Shown: in pieces, positions 9,874 to 20,114 of the stretch
Layout of the letters: each line of letters starts with the position of its first letter
How positions within the stretch are numbered: position 1 is the stretch's first letter
Origin: Candidatus Sulfotelmatobacter sp.
GTDB taxonomy: Bacteria; Patescibacteriota; Microgenomatia; Levybacterales; UBA12049
Direction of reading: 5' to 3'
DNA length: 63,608 bases
Assembly: GCA_035568375.1 (NCBI GenBank)
Contig: DATMOG010000046.1
Span: 1-63,608, forward strand
Notes under the pieces: generated by a model
Told to the model about the DNA's origin: nothing
Databases searched by the model: none
What the model saw: only the letters and a program-made list of their open reading frames with translations
Translations under genes and position numbers: made by a program

Positions 9874-11028
9874 TTGATTGAAGCAAAGAATGTCAAAGAA
9901 GCGGCAAACTATCTCAGGCAGCATCAATTTGTACCGGTACAAATTATCCCTGAGGAAAAGACTGGAATAATTCGGTACCTCCCTTTCCTTAGAAGAACAA
10001 AATCCTCTGATGTAATCTTTTTTACAAGACAATTGGCATCGATGATATCTTCAGGGCTTACTTTAGTGCAAGCATTAAATATTTTAAAAAATCAGACACA
10101 AAGTATAGCAATGAAAGAGATAGTAGAAGGAATAATATCTGATATTGAAGATGGTTCAAAACTATCAAAGGCTGTTGAAAAATATCCGCATACCTTCTCC
10201 TTTATTTATGTAGCACTAGTAAAAACTGCTGAATCATCAGGATTGTTGGATAAAGTATTGACGCGGTTAGCTGAAGATTTAGAAAAGAGTGATAAACTCG
10301 TTCGCACCATTCGTGGTGCCTTGATGTATCCTTTTATTGTTGTCGTGATGATGATTCTGGTGATGATTGTTATGATGATTTTTGTTATTCCGCAGCTAAC
10401 GGTGCTCTATGGCAATTTAAATTTGAGCCTTCCTTTACCGACCGTTATTGTTATTGGTATTTCAGATTTCTTGACTCATTACTGGTATATTGCAATTGCC
10501 ATGGCTGTTGGAATTACTTTTTATTTGAGAAGTTGGTATCACAAGCCAGAAGGTAAAAAGACTGTAGATACGTATATATTGAAGCTTCCCATTTTCGGTA
10601 ATTTATTGCGTGACAGTATGATGGCTGAATTTGCAAGAACATTATCTCTTCTTATTAGTTCAGGTTCATTAGTCGTTGATTCATTATTAAAAAGCGGTGA
10701 TGTTTTAGGTAATATGATTTACAAAGACGCAATTGCTCTTGTGGCAAAACGGGTTGAAAAAGGAATTTCTATGGGTGATGCTATGGAAGCAACACCTACG
10801 TTCCCTCCCATGATAGTTGAAATGGTAAAAATTGGTGAGCAAACAGGGAAACTTGATAGTTCGTTGATGAAAGCCTCAGAATATTATGAGCGTGAAGTTG
10901 AGGAAAAAGTAAAAGTGATGACAACATTAATGGAGCCAATAATTATGGTGATGCTTGCGCTTGGGGTTGGATTTTTAATTATTGCAATTATTACACCGAT
11001 TTATAACTTGATTTCTAATATTAGTTAA
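9874..11028 (+). CDS. pilC: Type IV pilus platform protein PilC (GspF family); true 5' end uncertain, homology begins at 9829
   Basis: Two GspF-type repeats with TM helices, and FPPMIVEMVKIGEQTGKLD. The in-frame sequence 9829-9873 (LYYRAVTKDGNTIRG) is the conserved PilC N-terminus but has no usable start codon. Confidence 0.8.
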   Translation: MIEAKNVKEAANYLRQHQFVPVQIIPEEKTGIIRYLPFLRRTKSSDVIFFTRQLASMISSGLTLVQALNILKNQTQSIAMKEIVEGIISDIEDGSKLSKAVEKYPHTFSFIYVALVKTAESSGLLDKVLTRLAEDLEKSDKLVRTIRGALMYPFIVVVMMILVMIVMMIFVIPQLTVLYGNLNLSLPLPTVIVIGISDFLTHYWYIAIAMAVGITFYLRSWYHKPEGKKTVDTYILKLPIFGNLLRDSMMAEFARTLSLLISSGSLVVDSLLKSGDVLGNMIYKDAIALVAKRVEKGISMGDAMEATPTFPPMIVEMVKIGEQTGKLDSSLMKASEYYEREVEEKVKVMTTLMEPIIMVMLALGVGFLIIAIITPIYNLISNIS

Positions 11029-11120
11029 TACCCCCTGAGAAAAATTATGCTAAGATCAGCCAGAGATTTCGGATAGTGATTCTTAAGGATGCTATGAAGC
11101 AGTACTTGGAAGAGAAAGTA

Positions 11121-11504
11121 TTATTGTGATGTTTCCCCAAGGTATTTTTTTACTTGTCCGAGTAAATCATCTGGAGTGATATCTGCCTTAATAATAAAAG
11201 CAATTGCTCCTTTACTCATGGCATCTTTAATTAATGGATCATGATCAAGATTGGTAAGGAGGATAATTGGACCATTTTTCATAGGTGGTGGTGTTTTATT
11301 AAGGGCATCCATGATCCCGAGTCCATCGAGTTTTGGCATCATAATATCTAAAAGAATGAGGTTATAACCACCATTTTTTAATTTATTTAGTGCCACTTCG
11401 CCATTTTCGGCAGATTCTACTTCGTATCCCTCGTCTTTCAGGATTTCAACATAGAGTTCTCTAATATATTGGTCATCATCGACGACCATTACCTTTTTTG
11501 CCAT
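11121..11504 (-). CDS. Stand-alone response regulator receiver protein (CheY-like)
   Basis: KVMVVDDD...LILLDIMMPKLDG...ILLTN...IIKA receiver-domain pattern. No output domain. Confidence 0.8.
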   Translation of the reverse strand: MAKKVMVVDDDQYIRELYVEILKDEGYEVESAENGEVALNKLKNGGYNLILLDIMMPKLDGLGIMDALNKTPPPMKNGPIILLTNLDHDPLIKDAMSKGAIAFIIKADITPDDLLGQVKKYLGETSQ

Positions 11505-11586
11505 GATAAGGTGATTATTAAGAAATTGTCTTGATTTGTCAACAACAGATATTAAGAAAAGCTAAAAATCTCTTTTTTTGAGATTG

Positions 11587-12285
11587 TTATAGTTTTTTCA
11601 ATATCTGTTCAAATTCCAATAATGATCTTACCTTGTTAGGAACATTGGGGTATATATTCTCTTTGTCCAGAAGAACTGATTGGAGTAATGCTTTTTGGGA
11701 ACCAATATAGTCATCAAAATAATTATCACCAATAAATATTGTTTCGCTTGCAATACTGTTTATTCGTTTCAGTGCATGGAGAAAGATTTCCTTATGCGGT
11801 TTTCTTTTCCCAAATGCAACTGAAGTGATTACTACTGAAAAATAGTCTTTAATGTGCATTCTCTCTAAATGTATTGCTGCTAATTCTGCAAAATGAGTAT
11901 TAGTAACAATTCCAAGTTTATATTTTTTTGATAACTGTGAGATAAACAATTGGATAAATGGATAATAGTGAACTTCTTTATTCCATTCATCGAAATAATA
12001 TTTTGTAAATGTTTGTATTACATTTTTATCTACATTTGCATGTAATTTTTGTTTCAACAGATATTCCATGAATTCATACATATGAAATTCTTTACGTGTT
12101 TGTTGTGACCTTTTATCAAACTTGTTATATGAATCTTTAAATACTTGCTCAAATTGTTGATAGCTAAGATTAAAGCCATTTTGGATAAGAAATGCATAAG
12201 CCTTTTTTCTTTTAGAAATGAAGTAAGAATCAGGACTATACGCAACTAGTGTTCCAAAAAAATCAAAAAGAATTGTAGTAATCAT
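11587..12285 (-). CDS. HAD-superfamily hydrolase (subfamily IA-like)
   Basis: Motif I ILFDFFGTLV, motif II LGIVTNT, motif III/IV K...FIGDNYFDD. Confidence 0.7.
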   Translation of the reverse strand: MITTILFDFFGTLVAYSPDSYFISKRKKAYAFLIQNGFNLSYQQFEQVFKDSYNKFDKRSQQTRKEFHMYEFMEYLLKQKLHANVDKNVIQTFTKYYFDEWNKEVHYYPFIQLFISQLSKKYKLGIVTNTHFAELAAIHLERMHIKDYFSVVITSVAFGKRKPHKEIFLHALKRINSIASETIFIGDNYFDDYIGSQKALLQSVLLDKENIYPNVPNKVRSLLEFEQILKKL

Positions 12286-12348
12286 AGTAACTTACCAAAT
12301 AAGTAATTTTTGTAATTGCTTAACGAGACAAAATTTTTACTAAAACGT

Positions 12349-15069
12349 TTAAGCTCCAGATAGTGATTCTTCCATTGCTGCAAGATCTGTTTCGAGTAAC
12401 ATGATTGCATCATTTATTGCATGACGTCTTTGTTGTACTTCTGTAAGTATCTTTTCTGCATCTTCTATTGAAATACGAAATGTATTTTTAGCGATTAAGC
12501 TAACCATGTTCTCTGATTTATTAATAATTTGACTTAAATCTCTTTGTGATATTCCGACTTCGTTACTTACTTCAACAAGCAATCGACCCACGCCTTCGAT
12601 TCTTTTTTGATAAATAAATTTTGTACTACTAGCCTCACCCTCAATTTTAGTAGTTATTTTATCCATTTTTTCGTCAAATTCGGGTGAAACATTCAAAAGA
12701 GCTATTGTGCTTCTTAATTCTGATAGTGAAAGAGCTCTTTTGCCTTGCTCGATTTGATCTAGTGTCCTTAGCTTTATTTCAAGAGCGTCTGCAACTTTTT
12801 TTAGTGATAAGCCTTTGTATTCCCGGGCCCATTTAATCACTTTTCCTCTTCGTGTAGACTTAAGGGATGCAACGAGTGTTCTCTCTTCAGCAACTGTTTC
12901 TATTGCAGTAATGATTACTGAAAGTTCTTCTAGTGTAACATTTTCGGTATCTCCATCAAAAATTTTTATTACTCTGTCAAAGAGGCTATTTTCGCTTCGA
13001 CTAAAATTTATATGCGTCTCTTCGAGGGAATTTTCTTGTTCACCTTGTGCTTCTTGCTGTTGCAATTCTATATTTGTAGTCGGTTGGGTTAAGAGTTGTT
13101 TATCTGCAAGAGATGTATTTCTTATGAGTGTTATAATCGAGCGTATACACGCTTTTTCGTTAGCATCTTTTTCAAGAGAGTCTATATAAATAGTGATGAT
13201 TTCATCTCCTATTTGTCTCACTTTATTAGTAATTTCCTCAGGCCATGGATTTATTTCTGCTGCTTTCCATGCTTTATCAATAGCAATAATTGTATCGATA
13301 GTTTGAGGTAGTTCGGGTGCAAGGAGAATGCCTGCATCTAACAGTGAATTAATAGATCCAAACGGATCTGCAGTTTCATCTAGATCACTTACTGCATTCA
13401 AATATACATTTTGTAGTTCTTGAGGATCGATTGCATCGAAATTAATAGTTAATAATAATTCATATGCACTATCTCGTTTATCGACATCATTTGCTGTTTT
13501 ATCTTGTCCGAGAACAGTAATAAGCATTGCTACAAGATGAAACATGTCAGAACTAGTAAGCATTGCTATTTCCTTTTTTGCGTTTTGTAAAATCCCAAAT
13601 TTTGTTATTCCTCGTAAGAGGAAGAGTCGATTTCTTTCGTTTTCTATATAGTTTTCTTTAAACGCTGCAATGTTGTCCTTTTCTTTGGGTGTGGGTGTAT
13701 AAATAACTGTTTCTTCGGGAGTGGTCGGTAATACTTCTACAAGAGAGTATCGTCTGACTGCCTTTGTTTCTTGATCAGCAGTAATAATACTACTATTTTT
13801 AAGCTTTCTTATATTTCTTATAATAGTCGTAATATGTACAGGACTAAGTTTTTGGTTATATTTTCTCAGTAAGTGATTTCGTATCTCTGCAGTTGTGCTG
13901 CCGGGAGTTTCTTGTAAAAAAGAGATAATTCGTGTTTCTGTTTCAACTCTTGTTGTTCGTTGCACGTGCGGAGATGCCTGATATGCTTTTTCCATCAGAG
14001 TTGCAAAACGATCACGAGTAGTAATAATAGCATGTGCTTCTCTTCGGCCTTCAGCAAGAAACGTAGGATCAAGCGTTCTAAACTTTTCAATCATTGCAAC
14101 AAATGCTAACAACGTTTCACGTTGGTCATCAGATAATGTAATACTTGATAGCATTGTTGGATTCATTCCTTCATGTTCTGCATATCCTTCTCTTGTTAAA
14201 TGAGCTAAGACATTTGAAATTCTATTCGTTAGTGCCTTTTTATCCTTATCCTGATAAGTAGGATGTTTTACTAGCAGTGCTGTATAGATCTCTTCAGCTG
14301 TAGCTGCATCTTTTGTATCGGAAAGCAAAAGAGTGACTTGCTCTGTAAGTGTATGATTCGTTCTATACGGTGGTGCTAATTCTCCTTTTTTGCTAGCAAC
14401 TGATCTATAAAAACTATATGGAGTGCTTCTTGCGGCACTTTTATACGTAATTATTCCGGCTTCTGCCAATATAGTAAGATGATTTCCTATTGTAGCGTGT
14501 GCATCGTGTTTATATTCTCCGGGATAGTCATGACACAGAGCGGCTATCACATCTTCTTGCCTTATTGGAAGTCGGCGAGTTACAAGTTCAGAAAAGATAC
14601 GAAAACGTGTTAAGGGTGAGCTTTTTTTTATTCCAGCCTCTTCATCATGTTTTTTTGCAGTATTAGAGGATCCTAAGAGTCTAGATAGAGCTAAGGATGT
14701 ATGTTTCTCAGAGAAAGAAAGAACGTGTCCTGCAAAAGCAACCAATTCCTCTCCTTTTTTTGTTCTTTTATATACCATACTGCCTTTCTGAGGATCATGT
14801 TCTCTCTCTACCAAACCATTAGGAATAAGTGAATTAGTGCACCACCAAGCAGCAAGACTTGAACTCCAGGGTTTCTTTCCGTCAACTGAGATAAGCTTAT
14901 CAAGTTGAGTATTTAAGTAGCCACGAGGGTCGCCCATTTTACATACAAGCAACGCTTTTCCTTCATGGTTACCAAAACCTGCAAGCGCTTCACCTATCTG
15001 TTGATCAGACAAGGGTTCTCTTCTCTTTGTTCCTTCTTGTGGTGAAATTCCCTGATTATGTTCTTTCAT
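12349..15069 (-). CDS. Large (906 aa) multi-HTH protein: several winged-helix-like units, helical middle region, two C-terminal XRE-type HTH domains
   Basis: Two C-terminal XRE-like HTHs (WAREYKGLSLKKVADALEIKLRTLDQIEQGKRALS and VSNEVGISQRDLSQIINKSENMVSLIA). N-terminal repeats have wHTH flavour (e.g. HLTILAEAGIITYK, VLAHLTREGYAEHEG, IISFLQETPGSTTAEIRNHLL). No enzymatic motif seen. Confidence 0.6.
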   Translation of the reverse strand: MKEHNQGISPQEGTKRREPLSDQQIGEALAGFGNHEGKALLVCKMGDPRGYLNTQLDKLISVDGKKPWSSSLAAWWCTNSLIPNGLVEREHDPQKGSMVYKRTKKGEELVAFAGHVLSFSEKHTSLALSRLLGSSNTAKKHDEEAGIKKSSPLTRFRIFSELVTRRLPIRQEDVIAALCHDYPGEYKHDAHATIGNHLTILAEAGIITYKSAARSTPYSFYRSVASKKGELAPPYRTNHTLTEQVTLLLSDTKDAATAEEIYTALLVKHPTYQDKDKKALTNRISNVLAHLTREGYAEHEGMNPTMLSSITLSDDQRETLLAFVAMIEKFRTLDPTFLAEGRREAHAIITTRDRFATLMEKAYQASPHVQRTTRVETETRIISFLQETPGSTTAEIRNHLLRKYNQKLSPVHITTIIRNIRKLKNSSIITADQETKAVRRYSLVEVLPTTPEETVIYTPTPKEKDNIAAFKENYIENERNRLFLLRGITKFGILQNAKKEIAMLTSSDMFHLVAMLITVLGQDKTANDVDKRDSAYELLLTINFDAIDPQELQNVYLNAVSDLDETADPFGSINSLLDAGILLAPELPQTIDTIIAIDKAWKAAEINPWPEEITNKVRQIGDEIITIYIDSLEKDANEKACIRSIITLIRNTSLADKQLLTQPTTNIELQQQEAQGEQENSLEETHINFSRSENSLFDRVIKIFDGDTENVTLEELSVIITAIETVAEERTLVASLKSTRRGKVIKWAREYKGLSLKKVADALEIKLRTLDQIEQGKRALSLSELRSTIALLNVSPEFDEKMDKITTKIEGEASSTKFIYQKRIEGVGRLLVEVSNEVGISQRDLSQIINKSENMVSLIAKNTFRISIEDAEKILTEVQQRRHAINDAIMLLETDLAAMEESLSGA

Positions 15070-15236
15070 AAAATGTGATAAAGCTACAAATATGTTTTTT
15101 AAAGAAATAGTATTTTTTCGTTTTAGTCTGATGAAATATGAGCTATTATACCATTTATAGATATACTATGAGACATCGGAGGTTCTACATCTATATTCAG
15201 TTGTCACTTTTGCTATTATTATAGTAAGCAACTTTA

Positions 15237-16409
15237 ATGCAAATAAACAAAAAACATGATTCATCGACTAAAGATACACCTGCGAGTATTTTACAACGAT
15301 ATGCTTATATCGATGCCCTGCGAGGCATAGCTATTCTTGGAGTACTTCTTGCACACGTAAGTCATTATAGTAACGTTGTTTATCCCTCTTGGCTGCAAAT
15401 TATCACTGCTGTTGACTTTGGGCCACGAGGAGTACAATTATTTTATGTAGTCAGTGCTTTCACACTCTGTTTATCACTAAACAAACGCAAGCATATAGAA
15501 AAGCATGCTATCAGAAATTTTTATATACGGAGATTTTTTCGCATAGCTCCTCTTTTTTATCTAGCTATCCTTTATTATCTTTGGCAACAAAACTATTGGC
15601 AAGGCAATCCATTTCATTTCTCCATCCTCAATATTCTCTCAACTGTTACCTTCATAAACGGCATTTTTCCTGCTTGGATTAATAATATCGTTTATGGTGG
15701 ATGGTCAATAGCAGTTGAAACGTCATTCTATCTGCTCTTTCCTCTTTTATTCTATAAATTAAAAACATTTAGGCTCACATTCATTTTTACGATTATTGCT
15801 ATTGTCGCTATGCAATCCCTGCGTTTATATTTACTTTCTCTTTCTTTAATCCATCAAAATTTCGATCTCCAAACGTATACCTTTGAATTTTTCCCTTCAC
15901 AATTGCCAGTTTTTCTAATCGGCATAGTTGTTTTCTTTATGATGCACGAAAATATCGTGAATCGGTATAAAAAACAGTTAAAATTTTTTTTAGTGGCTGT
16001 CGGCTTACTGCTTGTTCTACAAGAATTATTACCCTTGAAACTCGTCCCAGGTCATTACACTTATGGATTACTATTTGGTTCTTTGCTGTTTACTCTTTCA
16101 AAGTACCCCTATAAACTTCTTGTAAATAAAGTGATTGTATATATAGGAAAAATCAGTTTTAGTTTATATCTCTGCCATACTGCGGTTGATTATTGGATGA
16201 CGAAACTAGGCCTCTATCATTATCTCCCTGCAAATCCTTACCTGAATTTCATGTTACACTTTTTTATCCTTCTCGTAGCGGCTTCGGGTATTGCCAGCAT
16301 ATTATTCTTTACTGTAGAGAAATGGGGAATTATTTTGGGTAAAAAGATCATTAATAAATATGAAAAAGTAACTCCAACATACATTGCATCAACAGCGAGG
16401 ACTTGGTGA
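15237..16409 (+). CDS. Acyltransferase family 3 (OafA/YrhL-like) membrane protein
   Basis: YIDALRGIAILGVLLAHV start motif and about 10 TM helices. Confidence 0.75.
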   Translation: MQINKKHDSSTKDTPASILQRYAYIDALRGIAILGVLLAHVSHYSNVVYPSWLQIITAVDFGPRGVQLFYVVSAFTLCLSLNKRKHIEKHAIRNFYIRRFFRIAPLFYLAILYYLWQQNYWQGNPFHFSILNILSTVTFINGIFPAWINNIVYGGWSIAVETSFYLLFPLLFYKLKTFRLTFIFTIIAIVAMQSLRLYLLSLSLIHQNFDLQTYTFEFFPSQLPVFLIGIVVFFMMHENIVNRYKKQLKFFLVAVGLLLVLQELLPLKLVPGHYTYGLLFGSLLFTLSKYPYKLLVNKVIVYIGKISFSLYLCHTAVDYWMTKLGLYHYLPANPYLNFMLHFFILLVAASGIASILFFTVEKWGIILGKKIINKYEKVTPTYIASTARTW

Positions 16410-16818
16410 TAAATAAAAGATTACTTTTTTTTTACTCTTCCCAATCAGTTTGAGAACCAAAAGCGCAATTCCGACGCCTACTATAATGCCAAATATTAAA
16501 GCTTCTGCGAGGAGTAATGGATTTGACGTTAAGTTACTTAATAGTGACTCCGTTTTCGTTAAAGGATTATTATTTTGGGTGTTCTTGCACAAACAGGGAA
16601 AATGCGCCATGTGAATTTTAAAAAAAGTTGTCGTAACAATCTAAATCTTACTTTTTACTCTCACAAAAATGAAGGGTAAAAATTACTTAAATAATGGGAT
16701 ATGAAAAATTTTCGATTATATTGATTCGTTGGTCTAATCGCTTTTGCCCTGTTTGTGCAGTATTACCCAATTAGTTGAAACTCTGTGGTACTAATTTGGA
16801 CAAGCCAGAAAGAAACAT

Positions 16819-16849
16819 AAAAAGCATAAAGGTGTATTTTATGCTTTTT
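16819..16849 (-). terminator. Intrinsic (bidirectional-type) terminator hairpin downstream of glcG-like gene
   Basis: AAAAAGCATAAA - 7-nt loop - TTTATGCTTTTT perfect 12-bp stem, 22 nt past the stop at 16872. A/T runs on both sides. Confidence 0.5.
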
Positions 16850-16871
16850 ATGTTGTAATACAATTTTACCC

Positions 16872-17276
16872 TTATTCTTGTAATGCTTTGACAGCTGCCT
16901 GTGCACATTGTGCATCTTGACTAACATCCATTGAACCACCAACTCCAACGGCACCAATAACTTTACTTTGAACTACAACAGGAACTCCTCCTGCAATTGC
17001 AGTTAATTCTCCACCAAAAAGGGTATTAAGTCCGAAATAGGGCTTTCCTTCAACTTCATAACCGGCAAGACCTTCTGTGGGAGCACCAAGGTTTGCAGAA
17101 GTAAATGCTTTGGTTGAAGCAAACCTCGGGCTGATGTGTAATGCCCCATCCATCTTACTCAATGCGATGAGACTACCGTGATCATCAACAATAGCAGTAG
17201 TTACTTTTACGCCTAATTCTTCTGCTTTTTTTTCAGAAGTTTCAATAGCGTGTTTTGCTTTAGCAAGTGTTATCAT
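16872..17276 (-). CDS. GlcG/HbpS-like heme-binding protein (DUF336)
   Basis: DDHGSLIALSKMDGA...FTSANLG...GGVPVVV..KVIGAVGVGGS. The ATG at 17276 is preceded by the strong SD GGGAGGAGGTGAT. The track start at 17285 is a GTG inside the SD. Confidence 0.75.
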   Translation of the reverse strand: MITLAKAKHAIETSEKKAEELGVKVTTAIVDDHGSLIALSKMDGALHISPRFASTKAFTSANLGAPTEGLAGYEVEGKPYFGLNTLFGGELTAIAGGVPVVVQSKVIGAVGVGGSMDVSQDAQCAQAAVKALQE

Positions 17277-17523
17277 ACGAATCACCTCCTCCCATATTTA
17301 TTACAAGAATCTTACGTAGATATATCTACCATATTAGATAATTACATAGGTGTCAAGATATCTCTTGCAAATTGTAAAAAAACTGATATAATTCTAAATC
17401 TTATAGTAAGTTACGAGAAAAAAATTGTTACTTGTCTATTTTAGTACTAGAAAATTGAGCAAAATCTCGCTATAGTAGAACGGTATTAGATTGCGTAAGA
17501 CTTTACAAAAACTGATATAAGGC

Positions 17524-18540
17524 GTGGTAAAAGAAGATATGAGCAATATAGAAACTTCTCATGGCGGAGGAAGAGGGAGACGTTTTGGCGATTTTAAGAT
17601 AACTCATAGTGAGTTTCCTGAAATTGCTAATCTTACTTTTCTTACACTTAATAATCCTGAAGACAGGAAAAAAGCTGTCGGATGGTTAGTGAGTGGTGAA
17701 TATCCTTTTATTATGCCTTTTGGTAATATCCTAGGCGCTTTTACTCATCCTTCATCAGAGGCCGTTGGAAATTTGAATGCATTGAAAGGTCGTCCTCGGG
17801 AGCAAACCGGTAGTATAACAACATCACCCAATCATTACTCAGAGCTTGCTAACTGGGCTGCTTTAGATCAGGCTGTGTTAACAGAGGGTACAGTATTAGA
17901 TATCGTAGATCACTTGAGTACTCACGGTCCGGTAGGTTTTATCCTGCCAGCTGCAGATTCCATACCTCCACATCTCTCAAAAGAAATTATGAAGCAGGGA
18001 AAACAGATTAAAACAGTCCAACTTATTGTTCCCGGTAAAAATAGTCCGGTAAGTGACATTTTTAGAGCTGCTGCTGATAAAATGCCAAAAGAGACTCCTT
18101 ATTTCTTTGCAACTTCTGCAAATAGATCAGGCACAGAAGTGCATCATCGTTATAATCCCCTTGTTGCAGAGCTCATACAGGATAGAAAAGGGAAATTTGT
18201 TGTTGTTGTTGACGATGAACGCCAAATGCGGCGTCGACATCCATATCATGATTCTCGTTCAACGACAATTATTGATATGACTGACGTGGTAAGAGATAGC
18301 GACGGTCAGGTTCTTCGTGATGAGAAAGGACGTCCATTAATTGCAATTTCACGACATGGCTCTGCGCATGAAGCGTATGTGAGAAAAGTGCTTGCGCAAC
18401 ATGGTTTTGGAGCACAATTTCCTGACCAAAGAATTCCTGAAAGAATATATCCTGGAGAAGGGCTTCCGGATGCTGTTCGCCGTTTGAGAGCAACTGCCGC
18501 TGTTCGTTTACTACCGCGTATTACCCGCTCTTCTCAATAA
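17524..18540 (+). CDS. YrdC/Sua5-like domain protein with N- and C-terminal extensions
   Basis: LNALKGRPREQTGSI and FFATSANRSGTE resemble the KxR...TSAN.SG motifs of the L-threonylcarbamoyladenylate synthase fold. Arg-rich C-terminal tail. Start uncertain (GTG 17524 or ATG 17539). Confidence 0.55.
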   Translation: MVKEDMSNIETSHGGGRGRRFGDFKITHSEFPEIANLTFLTLNNPEDRKKAVGWLVSGEYPFIMPFGNILGAFTHPSSEAVGNLNALKGRPREQTGSITTSPNHYSELANWAALDQAVLTEGTVLDIVDHLSTHGPVGFILPAADSIPPHLSKEIMKQGKQIKTVQLIVPGKNSPVSDIFRAAADKMPKETPYFFATSANRSGTEVHHRYNPLVAELIQDRKGKFVVVVDDERQMRRRHPYHDSRSTTIIDMTDVVRDSDGQVLRDEKGRPLIAISRHGSAHEAYVRKVLAQHGFGAQFPDQRIPERIYPGEGLPDAVRRLRATAAVRLLPRITRSSQ

Positions 18541-18541
18541 A

Positions 18542-18570
18542 TTGACTATTGTCTGTAAATCTCCCATAAT
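18542..18570 (+). promoter_or_regulatory. Promoter TTGACT-N17-CATAAT, 6 nt upstream of the kinase ATG (leaderless-type)
   Basis: TTGACT 18542-18547, CATAAT 18565-18570, CATTTT, then ATG at 18577. Confidence 0.5.
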
Positions 18571-18576
18571 CATTTT

Positions 18577-20112
18577 ATGGAGATGAGCATACTATCCTCG
18601 TATATTCCTTATATTCCCTGGGTGCTTTTTTATGGCATTGCGTTAGTGTATATTGTTGATTCTCTTAGATCGAATAAACATAATTCATACTATAAAGAAA
18701 AAGCTGAGAAGAATGCGCAAATATTGGCAGAGAGAGAAAAAGCACTATTTGCAACAGCTGCACTAAACGCTATTATTCTGGAAACGCTTGACTATTCTGA
18801 AGCAATTAAAAAAATTGCCAGTGCATTACCGCAATATTTAGGCTATGAAACAGGTGTATTAGCTATTGTTAATGAGAAGAAGGGAACATTGGATCGGGTC
18901 GGGCTTTCTTCAACATCTGGAGGATTTGCGGCGGTTAAAGTTTTAGAAAAGCCATTTGCAAGCATTGAAATAAAGCTAACTGCTTCAGAGAATTATTGTA
19001 TTAAAGCAATGCAAGAGCGGCGGACTCTCTATACCAATAATCTGTATGATGTGGTAAGACCTGCTTTATCCCCTGAAAATGCAAAAATTGTCCAGGAAAA
19101 AATGAATACAAAAACTACGCTTATTTTCCCTCTTTTTTCAAAAAAAGGAAAACCAATCGGTACATTTATTATCAGTATGAGTAAAGACTATGCTCAGATT
19201 AGTGAATTTGAACATCAAACGATCAAAAATTTTATCGATTCTGTGCAAATAGCATTAAATAATGCTTCGCTGTATACATTGCTTGAAACAGCAACAAAGC
19301 AATTACAAGATGCGAATAAAAAATTGACTGAGCTTGATAAACTGAAAAATGAATTCGTCTCAGTAGCGTCTCATGAGCTTCGGACGCCAATGACTGCTAT
19401 TAAATCATATCTGTGGATGGCCCTTAATGATAAAGGGGGGCAGTTAAATGAAAAACAAAGGTATTATGTTGAGCGAGGGTATAATTCGGTAGATCGACTT
19501 ATACGTCTTGTGAATGATATGTTGAATATTTCACGGATTGAATCAGGGCGGATTATTATTGATTTCCAATCAACAGATTTATTGAAATTGACCCAGGAGG
19601 TTGTTGAAGAGGTTCTTCCTAGAGCTTTGGAAGTTGGTGTCGAAATTTTGATTCAAAAACCTGCTACGCTCCCGCCTGTTCTTGCTGATCCAGATAAGAT
19701 AAAAGAAGTACTGTTTAATCTTATTGGTAATTCACTCAAATTTACTCCGAAAGGTGGGCATATTACTATTAGTTTTTCAGAGTGGGATGATTTTGTTCAA
19801 ACAAAGATTGTAGATACCGGTTCAGGTATTACTTCTGAAGATATAGGAAAACTTTTCCAGAAATTTGGTCTGCTTCCGGGATCATATATCACTAATCAGA
19901 CAGCAGCAGGAACAGGCCTTGGGCTATATATTTGTCGATCGATTATTAATCTACATTATGGAGAGATTAAGGCAACGTCTGAGGGCAGAGGAAAAGGGGC
20001 AACCTTCAGTTTCTCTTTGAAGAAGTTTAAAGAAGCTGATTTACAGAATGTGAAAATTGAAGCGCTCAAAGAGCAAAAAGACACAGCTGAGTTAATCCAC
20101 GCACAGTTCTAA
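18577..20112 (+). CDS. Sensor histidine kinase with TM anchor and GAF-like sensor
   Basis: H-box SHELRTPMTAI, N-box LIGNSLKFT, G1 DTGSGI, G2 GTGLGLYI. The N-terminal approx 230 aa are GAF-like. Confidence 0.8.
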   Translation: MEMSILSSYIPYIPWVLFYGIALVYIVDSLRSNKHNSYYKEKAEKNAQILAEREKALFATAALNAIILETLDYSEAIKKIASALPQYLGYETGVLAIVNEKKGTLDRVGLSSTSGGFAAVKVLEKPFASIEIKLTASENYCIKAMQERRTLYTNNLYDVVRPALSPENAKIVQEKMNTKTTLIFPLFSKKGKPIGTFIISMSKDYAQISEFEHQTIKNFIDSVQIALNNASLYTLLETATKQLQDANKKLTELDKLKNEFVSVASHELRTPMTAIKSYLWMALNDKGGQLNEKQRYYVERGYNSVDRLIRLVNDMLNISRIESGRIIIDFQSTDLLKLTQEVVEEVLPRALEVGVEILIQKPATLPPVLADPDKIKEVLFNLIGNSLKFTPKGGHITISFSEWDDFVQTKIVDTGSGITSEDIGKLFQKFGLLPGSYITNQTAAGTGLGLYICRSIINLHYGEIKATSEGRGKGATFSFSLKKFKEADLQNVKIEALKEQKDTAELIHAQF

Positions 20113-20114
20113 TC

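Noticed and set aside
16389-16610. 73-aa ORF with a TM helix plus KSKKK tail that overlaps the acyltransferase stop and contains a 9-nt homopolymer (16425-16433). This suggested a phase-variable small protein.
   Set aside because: There is no convincing start context. The ORF extends oddly past the basic tail and may be a shadow of the terminator or AT-rich region. Homopolymer-length variation cannot be assessed from one sequence.
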